A stretch of 64,000 nt of DNA from IMG/VR virus record IMGVR_UViG_3300032893_000041, positions 241-64,240 of that record; one strand, written 5' to 3'. Position numbers and translations under genes: made by a program. Below the pieces are notes generated by a model, which was given only the letters and a program-made list of their open reading frames with translations, was not told the DNA's origin and did no database searches. Each line of letters begins with the position of its first letter. Position 1 is the first letter of the stretch. This document shows positions 55,657 through 64,000 of the stretch, in pieces. The DNA comes from a virus (taxonomy: Duplodnaviria > Caudoviricetes).

Positions 55657-58542
55657 ATGACGATCCTCGACACTCCTTCCGCCGCCGCCATAATCAAGGT
55701 AGAGCAGTTTCCAACTGCGGTCCTGCCTAAAGCTACCGTGCCGTTGGCCGGCACGGAGCTGATGGCGATAATTCAGAGTGGCAACGACGTTTATGCTGGC
55801 GTGTCGGACATCACGGCGGCGCAGTCGGTACAGACGCAAAACCTGCACGATCTGATCATTTCAGGTAATACGGCGGGCGTGACGGCCCTGGTGTCGTCCG
55901 GCACGTTGACGCTGGCCGGCGGCAATAACATCACCTTGTCGCAGGCCGGAAACGCGATCACGATATCAGGCGCAGCCGGTGGTGGTGCCAATTTTTCGGC
56001 CGGCGTAAGCAATCTTGGAAACACGCTAGGCAGCACCGGACTTACCGGAACCCAGTTAGTATTGGTCGGCGGCAACAACGTCACTCTGTCGCAGTCTACC
56101 GGACCTAACGGCGGGTCGGTGACCATATCGGCGTTCAATCAGTCGGCACAGACGCAGGATCGTTTCGACCTTACCATTTCCGGCAATACCGCCGGTGCGG
56201 GAGCGCTGGTGTCGTCCGGCACGTTGGCGCTGGCCGGTGGTAACAATATTACCTTGTCGCAGGCCGGCAACGCTGTCACCATCTCAGGAGCGGCGCTTAC
56301 CGCCGGGTCCGACACTATTGGTATGTCGAACCTTGGAAATACTGCCGGTACGTCCGGCGTGGTGTCGGGCGACTCCATCCGGGCGCTCATCGTCGGCGGA
56401 CCGAACGTCACCATTAGTCAATCAGTTGACGCCGGCAACAGATCGGCGACTTTGTCAGTATCGGTGGCGGCACAGACGGCCGAGTCTAATACGTTCGGCA
56501 TGTCTAACCTTGGGAACACTGCCGGTACGTCCGGAGTGATCTCGGGCAATCAGCTTCGCATGCTGGTAGTCGGTGGTCCCAATATTACAGTGTCGCAGTC
56601 CACCAACGCGTCGAGCGCGACGCTGTCCATTTCGGCCGCCGCGCAGACGGTGCAAACGCAGAATCTTTTCGCACTTACCATCTCCAGCAATACGGCGGGC
56701 GCCGGGGCGCTCGTATCGTCCGGCACGTTGACGCTGGCGGCGGGCGCCAATATTACGTTGTCACAAAACGCCGGCAACGCCATCACCATCATAGGCCCTT
56801 CTCCTTCCGGCGGTGCCTTCTCGGCCGGCGTCAGCAATCTCGGCAACACGGCAGGGTCGACCGGCGTATCCGGAACGCAACTGGTGCTGGTCGGAACAAA
56901 CGGTATTTCACTGTCGCAGTCGACTGGCGCGGCGGGCGCAACCGTCAGTATCAACTTTACGCAGTCGGCCGAAAGTAACACGTTTGGCGCCTCAAACCTT
57001 GGTAACACGGTCGGCACGTCCGGCGTAGTGTCCGGCAATCAACTGCGTATGATTGTGGTTGGCGGACCGAACGTCACGATTTCACAATCGATTAACGGCT
57101 CGAGCGTTACCCAATCGATTTCCGTTGCAGCGCAGACGGTTCAAACGCAAAATCTTGTAGACGTTACTGTCGGCGGCGTTAATACAAATGGCGTGCTTGC
57201 CCTCATATCGTCTGGCACTATGACTTTGGCAGCAAGCGGGCCTCTTATAATATCGCAAGCCGGTAATGGTTTAACATTTAGTGCGTCCAATGTTATATTT
57301 CCTAGTGACGTGCTGGGCATGTCAAATCTTGGAAATACGGCTGGTACGACCGGCGGCATTACTGGAACTGGGTACAGCTTTTTCTTGGCCGGCGGTGACA
57401 ATATTACGCTTAGCCAATCGGCCGGTGCGCCATTTAATGCGGCCACTATCAGTATTAGTGCAAACCCGCCGTTCGTGGCGGGCGTCAGCAATTTAGGCAA
57501 CACGGCGGGCGCTACGGGGGCTACCAGCACGCGCCTTGTGCTGGTTGGGTCGAACAACATTACCTTGTCGCAGACTACTGGCGCGGCGGGCGCAACGGTA
57601 AGTATTATAGGCGCGGCCGGCGGAGCGGCAGGAACAAATACTTTTGGTGCCAGCAATCTTGGAAATACCCTAGGTACCAGCGGAGTGATCTCAGGTACCG
57701 GCTTGCAAATGATCATTGTCGGTACCAACAATGTTACAATTAGTCAATCTATAAACGGTTCATCCGCTACACTTTCTGTAGTTGGACCAACTCTATTTTC
57801 GGCTGGCATCAGCAATTTAGGCAACACGGCCGGTACTTCGGGTCTGGCGTCCAATCGCATCGTGCTGGTCGGCACCGATACCATCAAGTTGTCGCAATCG
57901 AGCAGCGGTGACAGCGCAACTATTTCATTTGGCGAAAATGTCACGTTTAGCCAGTACGCGCCGTTCATGCTGTATGCGCCGCAAACAGTAAATGAAAGTA
58001 ATGCCACAGCGCATTTCCATCCATTTAAGGTAGAGCGATATGCTTCGGCGACTCGGGTGGATATTTATCGGTCGTTCTCGCTGGGCAGTACCGGGACGAT
58101 TACGGCTACGCACTCACACGCGGTGGCCATTTATACCAAGAACGCGTCCACCTTGTCGGCGGCCACCATCGGTGGCGCCAGCGTTGGAATTTCATACACG
58201 AGTACACAATCTAATGCTAGTTACAACGGTATGCGGCGACTTTCTATTGGTATGAACGTTAATTTAACGCCGGGTGAGTATTGGTTGGGTGTGTGGTACC
58301 GTAGTAGTGGTGGACAATTGTCAGCATCAGATTTTATAGTTATGATTCCTACGGGCGCAATGGTAGTAAGTGGAGATTTTGGGGCGGCCAGCAATGCTTC
58401 TGCTCAAGTGGTATTAGGTATGGGTGCATTGTCGGCATCGTCTACCACTTTAAATAGTAGTGTTGCATTTTCAGATATTGTATTGTCTAATCAATCAATG
58501 TGGCGAATGATGTACGCAAACATGGTCAATCTAACGGTCTAG
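55657..58542 (+). CDS. Ser/Thr/Gly/Asn-rich repeat fibre-like protein
   Basis: 961 aa; 9 SNLGNT-containing and 4 NTxG..AL(V/I)SSG-containing ~50 aa units. Confidence 0.75.
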   Translation: MTILDTPSAAAIIKVEQFPTAVLPKATVPLAGTELMAIIQSGNDVYAGVSDITAAQSVQTQNLHDLIISGNTAGVTALVSSGTLTLAGGNNITLSQAGNAITISGAAGGGANFSAGVSNLGNTLGSTGLTGTQLVLVGGNNVTLSQSTGPNGGSVTISAFNQSAQTQDRFDLTISGNTAGAGALVSSGTLALAGGNNITLSQAGNAVTISGAALTAGSDTIGMSNLGNTAGTSGVVSGDSIRALIVGGPNVTISQSVDAGNRSATLSVSVAAQTAESNTFGMSNLGNTAGTSGVISGNQLRMLVVGGPNITVSQSTNASSATLSISAAAQTVQTQNLFALTISSNTAGAGALVSSGTLTLAAGANITLSQNAGNAITIIGPSPSGGAFSAGVSNLGNTAGSTGVSGTQLVLVGTNGISLSQSTGAAGATVSINFTQSAESNTFGASNLGNTVGTSGVVSGNQLRMIVVGGPNVTISQSINGSSVTQSISVAAQTVQTQNLVDVTVGGVNTNGVLALISSGTMTLAASGPLIISQAGNGLTFSASNVIFPSDVLGMSNLGNTAGTTGGITGTGYSFFLAGGDNITLSQSAGAPFNAATISISANPPFVAGVSNLGNTAGATGATSTRLVLVGSNNITLSQTTGAAGATVSIIGAAGGAAGTNTFGASNLGNTLGTSGVISGTGLQMIIVGTNNVTISQSINGSSATLSVVGPTLFSAGISNLGNTAGTSGLASNRIVLVGTDTIKLSQSSSGDSATISFGENVTFSQYAPFMLYAPQTVNESNATAHFHPFKVERYASATRVDIYRSFSLGSTGTITATHSHAVAIYTKNASTLSAATIGGASVGISYTSTQSNASYNGMRRLSIGMNVNLTPGEYWLGVWYRSSGGQLSASDFIVMIPTGAMVVSGDFGAASNASAQVVLGMGALSASSTTLNSSVAFSDIVLSNQSMWRMMYANMVNLTV

Positions 58543-58553
58543 CGGGGCAATCA

Positions 58554-59300
58554 ATGGTAGGCAGGCATAACGACAATCTGAAAGAAAGTGTAGAACGGTT
58601 GCATCGGGGCCGCACTTATGAAGACTTGACCACGATCATCGTTGTTCCGACGCGCGGCGAGATACCAGCCAAGGTAGTCGGGTCGTGGATGGGACTTATG
58701 CGCCCGATGAACCAAGTGTGCGCTGGTCCGGACTTTTGGGCGGGATATGAGGTCGGCGACGCGTACAATCGCGCGGTAGAAGCCATCCTTGCCACGAATG
58801 CTAACATTCGAAAACAGCAACCGGCGGGCCGCCCATTCCGATACATGCTGACATTAGAGGATGACAACATTCCGCCTCCAGACGGCATCTTGAAGCTTAT
58901 GGAAAGCATCAAGGACTACGATGCCGTCGGCGGTCTGTACTGGACCAAGGGTGAGGGTGGGCAGCCCATGATCTATGGTAACCCAAATGTGACGCCGCGT
59001 AACTTTGTGCCACAGATGCCGGTGGCAGAAGCCATCCAGAAATGCAACGGTCTCGGCATGGGCTTCACGCTTTTCCGCATCGAGCTGTTGGAAAAGATGG
59101 CGCCGGACATGCCAAAAGGGTCGGACGGCGTGCGCCAGTGGTTCCGCACTGTGCAGGAATGGTCGGCGGAAAAGGGAGGCAAGGCGTTTACTCAGGACTT
59201 GTGGTTCTTCGATCAGGCGGCCAAGTACGGAGCGAGAGTCGCCAGCGACAATCGAGTACACGTGGGGCACTACGACAAGATCAACGATATCGTCTGGTAG
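58554..59300 (+). CDS. GT-A fold (GT2-like) glycosyltransferase
   Basis: IIVVPTR, YNRAV, YMLTLEDD (DxD-like), GMGFTLF, TQDLWF, VGH. Confidence 0.75.
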   Translation: MVGRHNDNLKESVERLHRGRTYEDLTTIIVVPTRGEIPAKVVGSWMGLMRPMNQVCAGPDFWAGYEVGDAYNRAVEAILATNANIRKQQPAGRPFRYMLTLEDDNIPPPDGILKLMESIKDYDAVGGLYWTKGEGGQPMIYGNPNVTPRNFVPQMPVAEAIQKCNGLGMGFTLFRIELLEKMAPDMPKGSDGVRQWFRTVQEWSAEKGGKAFTQDLWFFDQAAKYGARVASDNRVHVGHYDKINDIVW

Positions 59301-59313
59301 AAAGGTTGAGGAA

Positions 59314-60324
59314 ATGAAAGCACTTATCACTGGCGGGGCGGGTTTCATAGGCCACCATGTGGTGGACTATCTGCTCAAGAATACCGGCTGGGAGCTGACG
59401 ATCTTGGATCGGCTCGATGGCAGCGGCAATCAGATGCGATTGATGGAGCTGGATGACTGGTACTATTCTTGGTCCAAAGGAAGAGTAAAATTTTGCTTCC
59501 ATGACCTCCGGGCGCCGTTTTCCGATCAGGTGTCGGCGCAGATTGGAGAACACGAGATCGTGCTGCATCTGGCGGCGGCGACGCACGTTGATCACTCTAT
59601 CCGCGACCCGTTGTCATTCGTGATGGACAACGTCGTATCTACTTGCAACCTACTTGATCACGTGCGCAAGGTCGGATGCGACAAGATGATTTACTTCTCG
59701 ACTGATGAGGTCTTTGGTCCGGCGATATACGGCACGGCGCATGCCGAATGGGATCGCTATCGGTCCGGCAACCCGTATGCCGCCACCAAGGCCGGCGCGG
59801 AAGAGCTGTGCGTCGCCTACCAGAACACTTACCGCGTGCCGGTCATCATCACACACTGTATGAACGTGTTCGGAGAGCGCCAGCACCCGGACAAATTCAT
59901 CCCCGGAACGATAGCTCGAGTGTCGCGCGGTGAGAAGGTCCTCATTCATTCCAATGCTGCGCGGACCAAAGCTGGATCGCGCTTCTATATTCATGCGCAG
60001 TCGGTAGCGGAGGCCCTGTTGTTTCTTCTCGAGCAGGGTTTCGTGCCGGGCGACAAGTACAATATCGTAGGAGAACGCGAAGTCGACAACCTCGAGCTGG
60101 CAACGATGATTGCCAATTACGTCGGCAAAAAACTGATCTACGAGATGGTGGACTTTCATTCTTCTCGGCCGGGCCACGATTTGCGTTACGCGCTCGATGG
60201 TCGAAAGATGGCAGCGATGGGGTGGGGGCCTACGGCGGGGCTAGAGGAGCGTCTACAGTCGGTGGTGACATGGACGCTGAACAATCCGCATTGGCAACTA
60301 GGGTTGAGGAGTGCTGCAGAATGA
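59314..60324 (+). CDS. rmlB: dTDP-glucose 4,6-dehydratase-like NAD-dependent SDR
   Basis: TGGAGFIG, LAAATHVDHSI, STDEVFG, YAATK, QHPDKFIP, RPGHDLRYALD. Confidence 0.88.
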   Translation: MKALITGGAGFIGHHVVDYLLKNTGWELTILDRLDGSGNQMRLMELDDWYYSWSKGRVKFCFHDLRAPFSDQVSAQIGEHEIVLHLAAATHVDHSIRDPLSFVMDNVVSTCNLLDHVRKVGCDKMIYFSTDEVFGPAIYGTAHAEWDRYRSGNPYAATKAGAEELCVAYQNTYRVPVIITHCMNVFGERQHPDKFIPGTIARVSRGEKVLIHSNAARTKAGSRFYIHAQSVAEALLFLLEQGFVPGDKYNIVGEREVDNLELATMIANYVGKKLIYEMVDFHSSRPGHDLRYALDGRKMAAMGWGPTAGLEERLQSVVTWTLNNPHWQLGLRSAAE

Positions 60325-60911
60325 ATGACGGAAATACAGTGCTTGCGCCGTCGCTGGTTCGGATCGATCTCGGGGCGGGGCAGAATAAGAAGGAAGGATT
60401 CACCGGCATGGACCGGTGGGAGGGGTCAAACATCGTCCACGATCTCTTGGACCTTCCGTGGCCATTCGAAGATGGAAGTGTCGACGAGCTGCATTGCAGT
60501 CACGTCATGGAACATTTCGTTGGCGAAGACCAGATGAAGATCATGGATGAGGCATTCCGGGTTCTGAAATTTTCGGAAGCGGATGCGTCGTCAACCATCG
60601 GAACGTTGACCGTCATTGTTCCCAGTTGGAATTCCGTGCGCATGTGGCAGGACCCGACTCATAAGTCGCCGTTTCCAGATGCCAGGGCGCACTACTTCAA
60701 CAAGGAATGGAGGACGCTGAACAAACTTGATCATTATCCGATCAAGAGCGATTTCGACTTCACGGCGTTCTATCAGATGATCGATCCGGGCAATGGCATT
60801 CCGGGCTTTATTACCAGATCGAGAGAAGCCCAGCTCTTCGCCATGCATTACTACAACAACGTGATAGCAGACACGACCATCGTGTTCCGGAAGGCGCGTC
60901 GGAAAGCATAA
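60321..60911 (+). CDS. Class I SAM-dependent methyltransferase
   Basis: IDLGAG, DL..LPWPFEDGSVD, SHVMEH, EAFRVLK, DPTH. Confidence 0.85.
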   Translation: MNDGNTVLAPSLVRIDLGAGQNKKEGFTGMDRWEGSNIVHDLLDLPWPFEDGSVDELHCSHVMEHFVGEDQMKIMDEAFRVLKFSEADASSTIGTLTVIVPSWNSVRMWQDPTHKSPFPDARAHYFNKEWRTLNKLDHYPIKSDFDFTAFYQMIDPGNGIPGFITRSREAQLFAMHYYNNVIADTTIVFRKARRKA

Positions 60912-60925
60912 AGGGCAGTAGGACC

Positions 60926-61342
60926 ATGAGTGTCCAAGAAGCACAAATTCCACCGCATGCGGCAACTCGTCGAGATAACGTCAATCGTTGGGTAGAAGAC
61001 CCTTATTTTAAGCTACTTACGCGCGGCGCTATGCTATTCGTAACGTTGGCGGCGGCACCGGTCATTGGGTGGACGCTAAAGACCCTGATCGATGTGACGA
61101 ACGTCCAGAGCGGTCTGGCCATCGTGCAGTCTCAACAGCAGTCGCAGATATCGGCGATACAAATCGCACAGGCTAAGATTGTCGATGCCAGCGCGGTTGA
61201 AATCCAATCGCGCATTGCCAACGACTCCACGCAGGCAGCAAAGATCGAGTCGCTCAATGATCAGGTGCGCAACAACACTTCTGGCATTGAGAAGCTCTAC
61301 GACAAGATCGAGATGTTGTACAAGGATGGATTGAAACGATGA
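60926..61342 (+). CDS. Membrane protein with coiled coil (holin/lysis-associated candidate)
   Basis: One hydrophobic segment followed by heptad repeats. Confidence 0.45.
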   Translation: MSVQEAQIPPHAATRRDNVNRWVEDPYFKLLTRGAMLFVTLAAAPVIGWTLKTLIDVTNVQSGLAIVQSQQQSQISAIQIAQAKIVDASAVEIQSRIANDSTQAAKIESLNDQVRNNTSGIEKLYDKIEMLYKDGLKR

Positions 61343-61638
61343 GAGAGATCATCATGGGTTCAGCGGGCGGCATTGGCGGGGCCGGCATCAGTAAGTCGGT
61401 GGCTGATTACGTCAACTGGGGATATGAAACGTTTCACGGAACGCCGTTCCCCGACTACATCAGAGAGGACAATGCGACGACAGCACTGTTCCTCATCGGC
61501 CTGTTGGGTTCGTATCTGGCGGTGAAGTTCGTGCCGAAGGACCCGACTAGCGTCGATAGCAAAGTAAACAGCGCATTTGCGGCGGGGGTTGGTAGTGAAA
61601 AGAAGAGGCAGAACGATGAAGACGGCGTTACTGCTTAG
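61339..61638 (+). CDS. Small membrane protein (holin candidate)
   Basis: ALFLIGLLGSYLAV hydrophobic segment; charged C-terminus. Confidence 0.45.
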   Translation: MREIIMGSAGGIGGAGISKSVADYVNWGYETFHGTPFPDYIREDNATTALFLIGLLGSYLAVKFVPKDPTSVDSKVNSAFAAGVGSEKKRQNDEDGVTA

Positions 61639-61725
61639 CATCGGATACTTCGCTGGGTTGTTTACGATTCCAGCGTACTACTACGCACCATATCTGTTGA
61701 GGTTGATACCTCGGAAAGGCTCTAA

Positions 61726-62061
61726 ATGAAAATGGCACTTCGATGCGTGGCCTTCGCGGTTATCATGATCGTCGCGGGCTGTACGCATGACTCGCCGTCG
61801 GCGGGTCTCCTGGCCATCGACCAAGATTTCACCAAGGCTGCCGGTCGCGTGGTGGCCTACGAAGCTCTTCCGCCTTGCTCGGCAACGGTCACTGCTAATT
61901 GCCGTGATCAGGCCGTCGTCGACGCGCTCAAGGCGGACGTGAACGACGGCGATGCGAAGCTGGACGCGGCATGGAAGACGCTGGCGTCGGCGGACATCGC
62001 CACGGCGGGGGCGGCTCGCGATACGCTCAAGGCTGACCTCACCAAGAATCATGTGCAGTAG
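61726..62061 (+). CDS. Lipoprotein (spanin-like candidate)
   Basis: Signal peptide ending IVAG-C; additional Cys pair. Confidence 0.6.
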   Translation: MKMALRCVAFAVIMIVAGCTHDSPSAGLLAIDQDFTKAAGRVVAYEALPPCSATVTANCRDQAVVDALKADVNDGDAKLDAAWKTLASADIATAGAARDTLKADLTKNHVQ

Positions 62062-62070
62062 GAGGAATTC

Positions 62071-62271
62071 ATGGGCATAGGTGCGATCCTGCTACTCATC
62101 AGCAATCTGCTTCCGCAGATCGAGGACGGCGTCGAAGAGGCCGTGCCGCTTCTGCAAAAGCTCAGTGGTCTCGTCGCGAACCTCTTCCACGGCAAGGACC
62201 CGACGCCGGAAGAAATTCAGGCAGTCCAGGCCGCCCGGAAACTGGTCGTCGCCGCCGTTAACCGGGGCTAA
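62071..62271 (+). CDS. Small amphipathic protein
   Basis: AGGAGG RBS; 66 aa. Confidence 0.55.
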   Translation: MGIGAILLLISNLLPQIEDGVEEAVPLLQKLSGLVANLFHGKDPTPEEIQAVQAARKLVVAAVNRG

Positions 62272-62362
62272 GGCATCTAGCGTCCAGGGTCCCGGCATGC
62301 TATTCTATCTTCGGCCGGGACTCTGGAACGAGGGTACCACTGATTCATAAGAGTTCCAGGGA

Positions 62363-63262
62363 ATGGCAACAACCCTAACTTTTGATTCCTTACAGGCGGA
62401 CATGGTAGCGTACTACGAACGTGGTACGCCGATCACGGACCCGACTGTAGTAAACCAGATTCCACGACTCATCAACAACGCCGAGAGGAGAATAGCTAAG
62501 GAACTAAAGGTCCTAGGATTTTTGGTTCCTTCGCTATTCATCATGATACGCGGTCAGGCCGTCTATGACAAACCGGACCGCTGGCGAGAAATAGTCTCGA
62601 TCAATTACGCCTTGCCGACGCTGTATACGACCGCGTCGAGACAGGCGGCGGCCGGCGTGCGCACTCTGGTCTTTCAGAAGCCGCACCCCTTCTCGGTTGG
62701 AAGTTCTATCGTGGTGATAGGCGTCGGCGGGTCCGGCTACAACTCAGTGGTGGCAGGCGTCTCGATATCGACGTATGTCGTCACGGCGACCACGCAGTTG
62801 AGCGTTACTTACTTCAATGGCGCCACGACCGAAGGATTGACGGCGGATACGGGTGGAGTCGTATATTTGCAACCGAACAAGCGGCAGCCATTATTTACGC
62901 GTCCGTACGAGTACATCCGCAATTACTGGCCAGACGACTCAGTCCTCGGGACGCCGGAATTCTACGCTGACTACGATTACGGCCATTGGATAATGGGGCC
63001 GACGCCACAATTTACGGTTCCAGCAGAATTTAACTACTACGAGATGCCGCAATTGCTCGATGCCGGCAACCAGCAGAACTGGGTGACGGAGTACGCTCCG
63101 GAACTGTTGCTGTACGCGTCATTGCTTGAGCTGGCACCATTCTTAAAGAATGATGAGCGCATTCCGACATGGCAGTCGGCTTATGATCGGGCGGCTTCGG
63201 GTCTGTCGCAACAGGACATCGGGCGCATGAAGGATCGGGCGGCGGAAAGGAACACTGAATGA
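62363..63262 (+). CDS. Tail tubular/adaptor-like protein with inserted beta domain
   Basis: INNAERRI, GTPEFYA, GPTP, LLYASL; insertion HPFSVGSSIVVIGVGGSGYN. Confidence 0.6.
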   Translation: MATTLTFDSLQADMVAYYERGTPITDPTVVNQIPRLINNAERRIAKELKVLGFLVPSLFIMIRGQAVYDKPDRWREIVSINYALPTLYTTASRQAAAGVRTLVFQKPHPFSVGSSIVVIGVGGSGYNSVVAGVSISTYVVTATTQLSVTYFNGATTEGLTADTGGVVYLQPNKRQPLFTRPYEYIRNYWPDDSVLGTPEFYADYDYGHWIMGPTPQFTVPAEFNYYEMPQLLDAGNQQNWVTEYAPELLLYASLLELAPFLKNDERIPTWQSAYDRAASGLSQQDIGRMKDRAAERNTE

Positions 63263-64000
63263 CGACCTCCTTCACTAGCCTGTTTGGCGGGACAGTAACC
63301 GCTCCATCACAGGTCAGTTATTCGGCTCTGACGATATCGGCCGACACGGAGCTTCAATGGCCGTTGGAAGCGTCTAGCCCGACCCTACCTGTCGTGGCCG
63401 ATACGATGGACGTTACGGCAACGGTTGGCGGCCTGCATCTGGTGTTACCGGATGCAACGCTGGTAGGACCAGCGTCGGCGATCTTGATTTCGAACGTTGG
63501 CGCCAATGATTTCATTCTGCGAAATAATCTGTCTGTCGATCTTACTTCAATAACAGCAGGACAGACCTTCTTAATTTACCTGACGGGCACGTCGGACGCT
63601 GGTGGTACATGGCGTTTTGTGCAGATAGGAGCGACCACTGCCTCCGCTGTGGCTTCGGCGCTGGCCGGTAACGGCCTTAAGGTTACGGGTTCGCTCCTAG
63701 CGCTGGCCATACCGACGTTCGATAAGAACGTGTCGGGGTATACTATCGGTGAGGCAGACCGGGCGCATCTTTTGCGCTGGACCGGCGGCGTTGGTACTTT
63801 CAACCTTCCAGACCCCACGACGATGGCGAGCGACTTTATTACGCTCTTTCGCAACGATGGGTCTGGCATCTTAACTTTACTGCCGGCGGTAGGGACCATC
63901 AACGGCGCGGCCTCGGTTACGGTTAATCCCGGTGGGTCCGGGTTCATCATTGATAACGGGTCGCTCTATATTACCGTGGGCATCGGTCTTAGCCAGACGG
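63259..64000 (+). CDS. Tail fibre/tail protein, N-terminal part (3' truncated; not in ORF track)
   Basis: ATGA overlap; open frame MTTSFTSLFGG...ITVGIGLSQT to the window end. Confidence 0.75.
   Translation, partial: MTTSFTSLFGGTVTAPSQVSYSALTISADTELQWPLEASSPTLPVVADTMDVTATVGGLHLVLPDATLVGPASAILISNVGANDFILRNNLSVDLTSITAGQTFLIYLTGTSDAGGTWRFVQIGATTASAVASALAGNGLKVTGSLLALAIPTFDKNVSGYTIGEADRAHLLRWTGGVGTFNLPDPTTMASDFITLFRNDGSGILTLLPAVGTINGAASVTVNPGGSGFIIDNGSLYITVGIGLSQT

Noticed and set aside
55830-57930. CRISPR array or DGR-like repeats
   Set aside because: The repeats are degenerate at synonymous positions and in frame within one ORF; there are no unique spacers, cas genes or reverse transcriptase.
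1-64000. Prophage or lysogeny module
   Set aside because: No integrase, repressor, partition genes or flanking host genes were recognised.

Overview
The window is almost certainly a near-complete (~64 kb), circularly permuted genome of a GC-rich tailed dsDNA phage with podovirus-like organisation. The gene cut at the right edge (63259-) appears to continue at position 1. No integrase, tRNA or CRISPR array was seen. The + strand arm (39691-64000 and 1-13202) carries terminases, portal, GroES, scaffold, major capsid, tail parts, internal/ejection proteins, and a repeat fibre followed by a glycosyltransferase, an RmlB-like dehydratase and a methyltransferase. The - strand arm (13195-39280) carries replication and nucleotide genes: primase-helicase, class II RNR, dCTP deaminase, dNMP kinase, SSB-like protein, family A polymerase, two helicases and a DHH phosphoesterase. 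Main highlights: (1) a PurZ/PurZ0-like plus MazZ-like plus atypical PolA module predicting a 2-aminoadenine (Z) genome, with no recognisable DatZ, bracketed by two paralogous HNH nucleases; (2) about 18 copies of a hydrophobic/basic-x-x-GG motif that end or subdivide putative virion cargo proteins, with a shared MGAL/MGAI N-terminus and an intact JAMM metalloprotease motif, suggesting a GG-directed processing, packaging or ligation system; (3) a probable virion glycosylation cassette; (4) candidate structured RNAs and a recurrent early-gene leader motif. All calls come from motif recognition by eye; no database searches were run.
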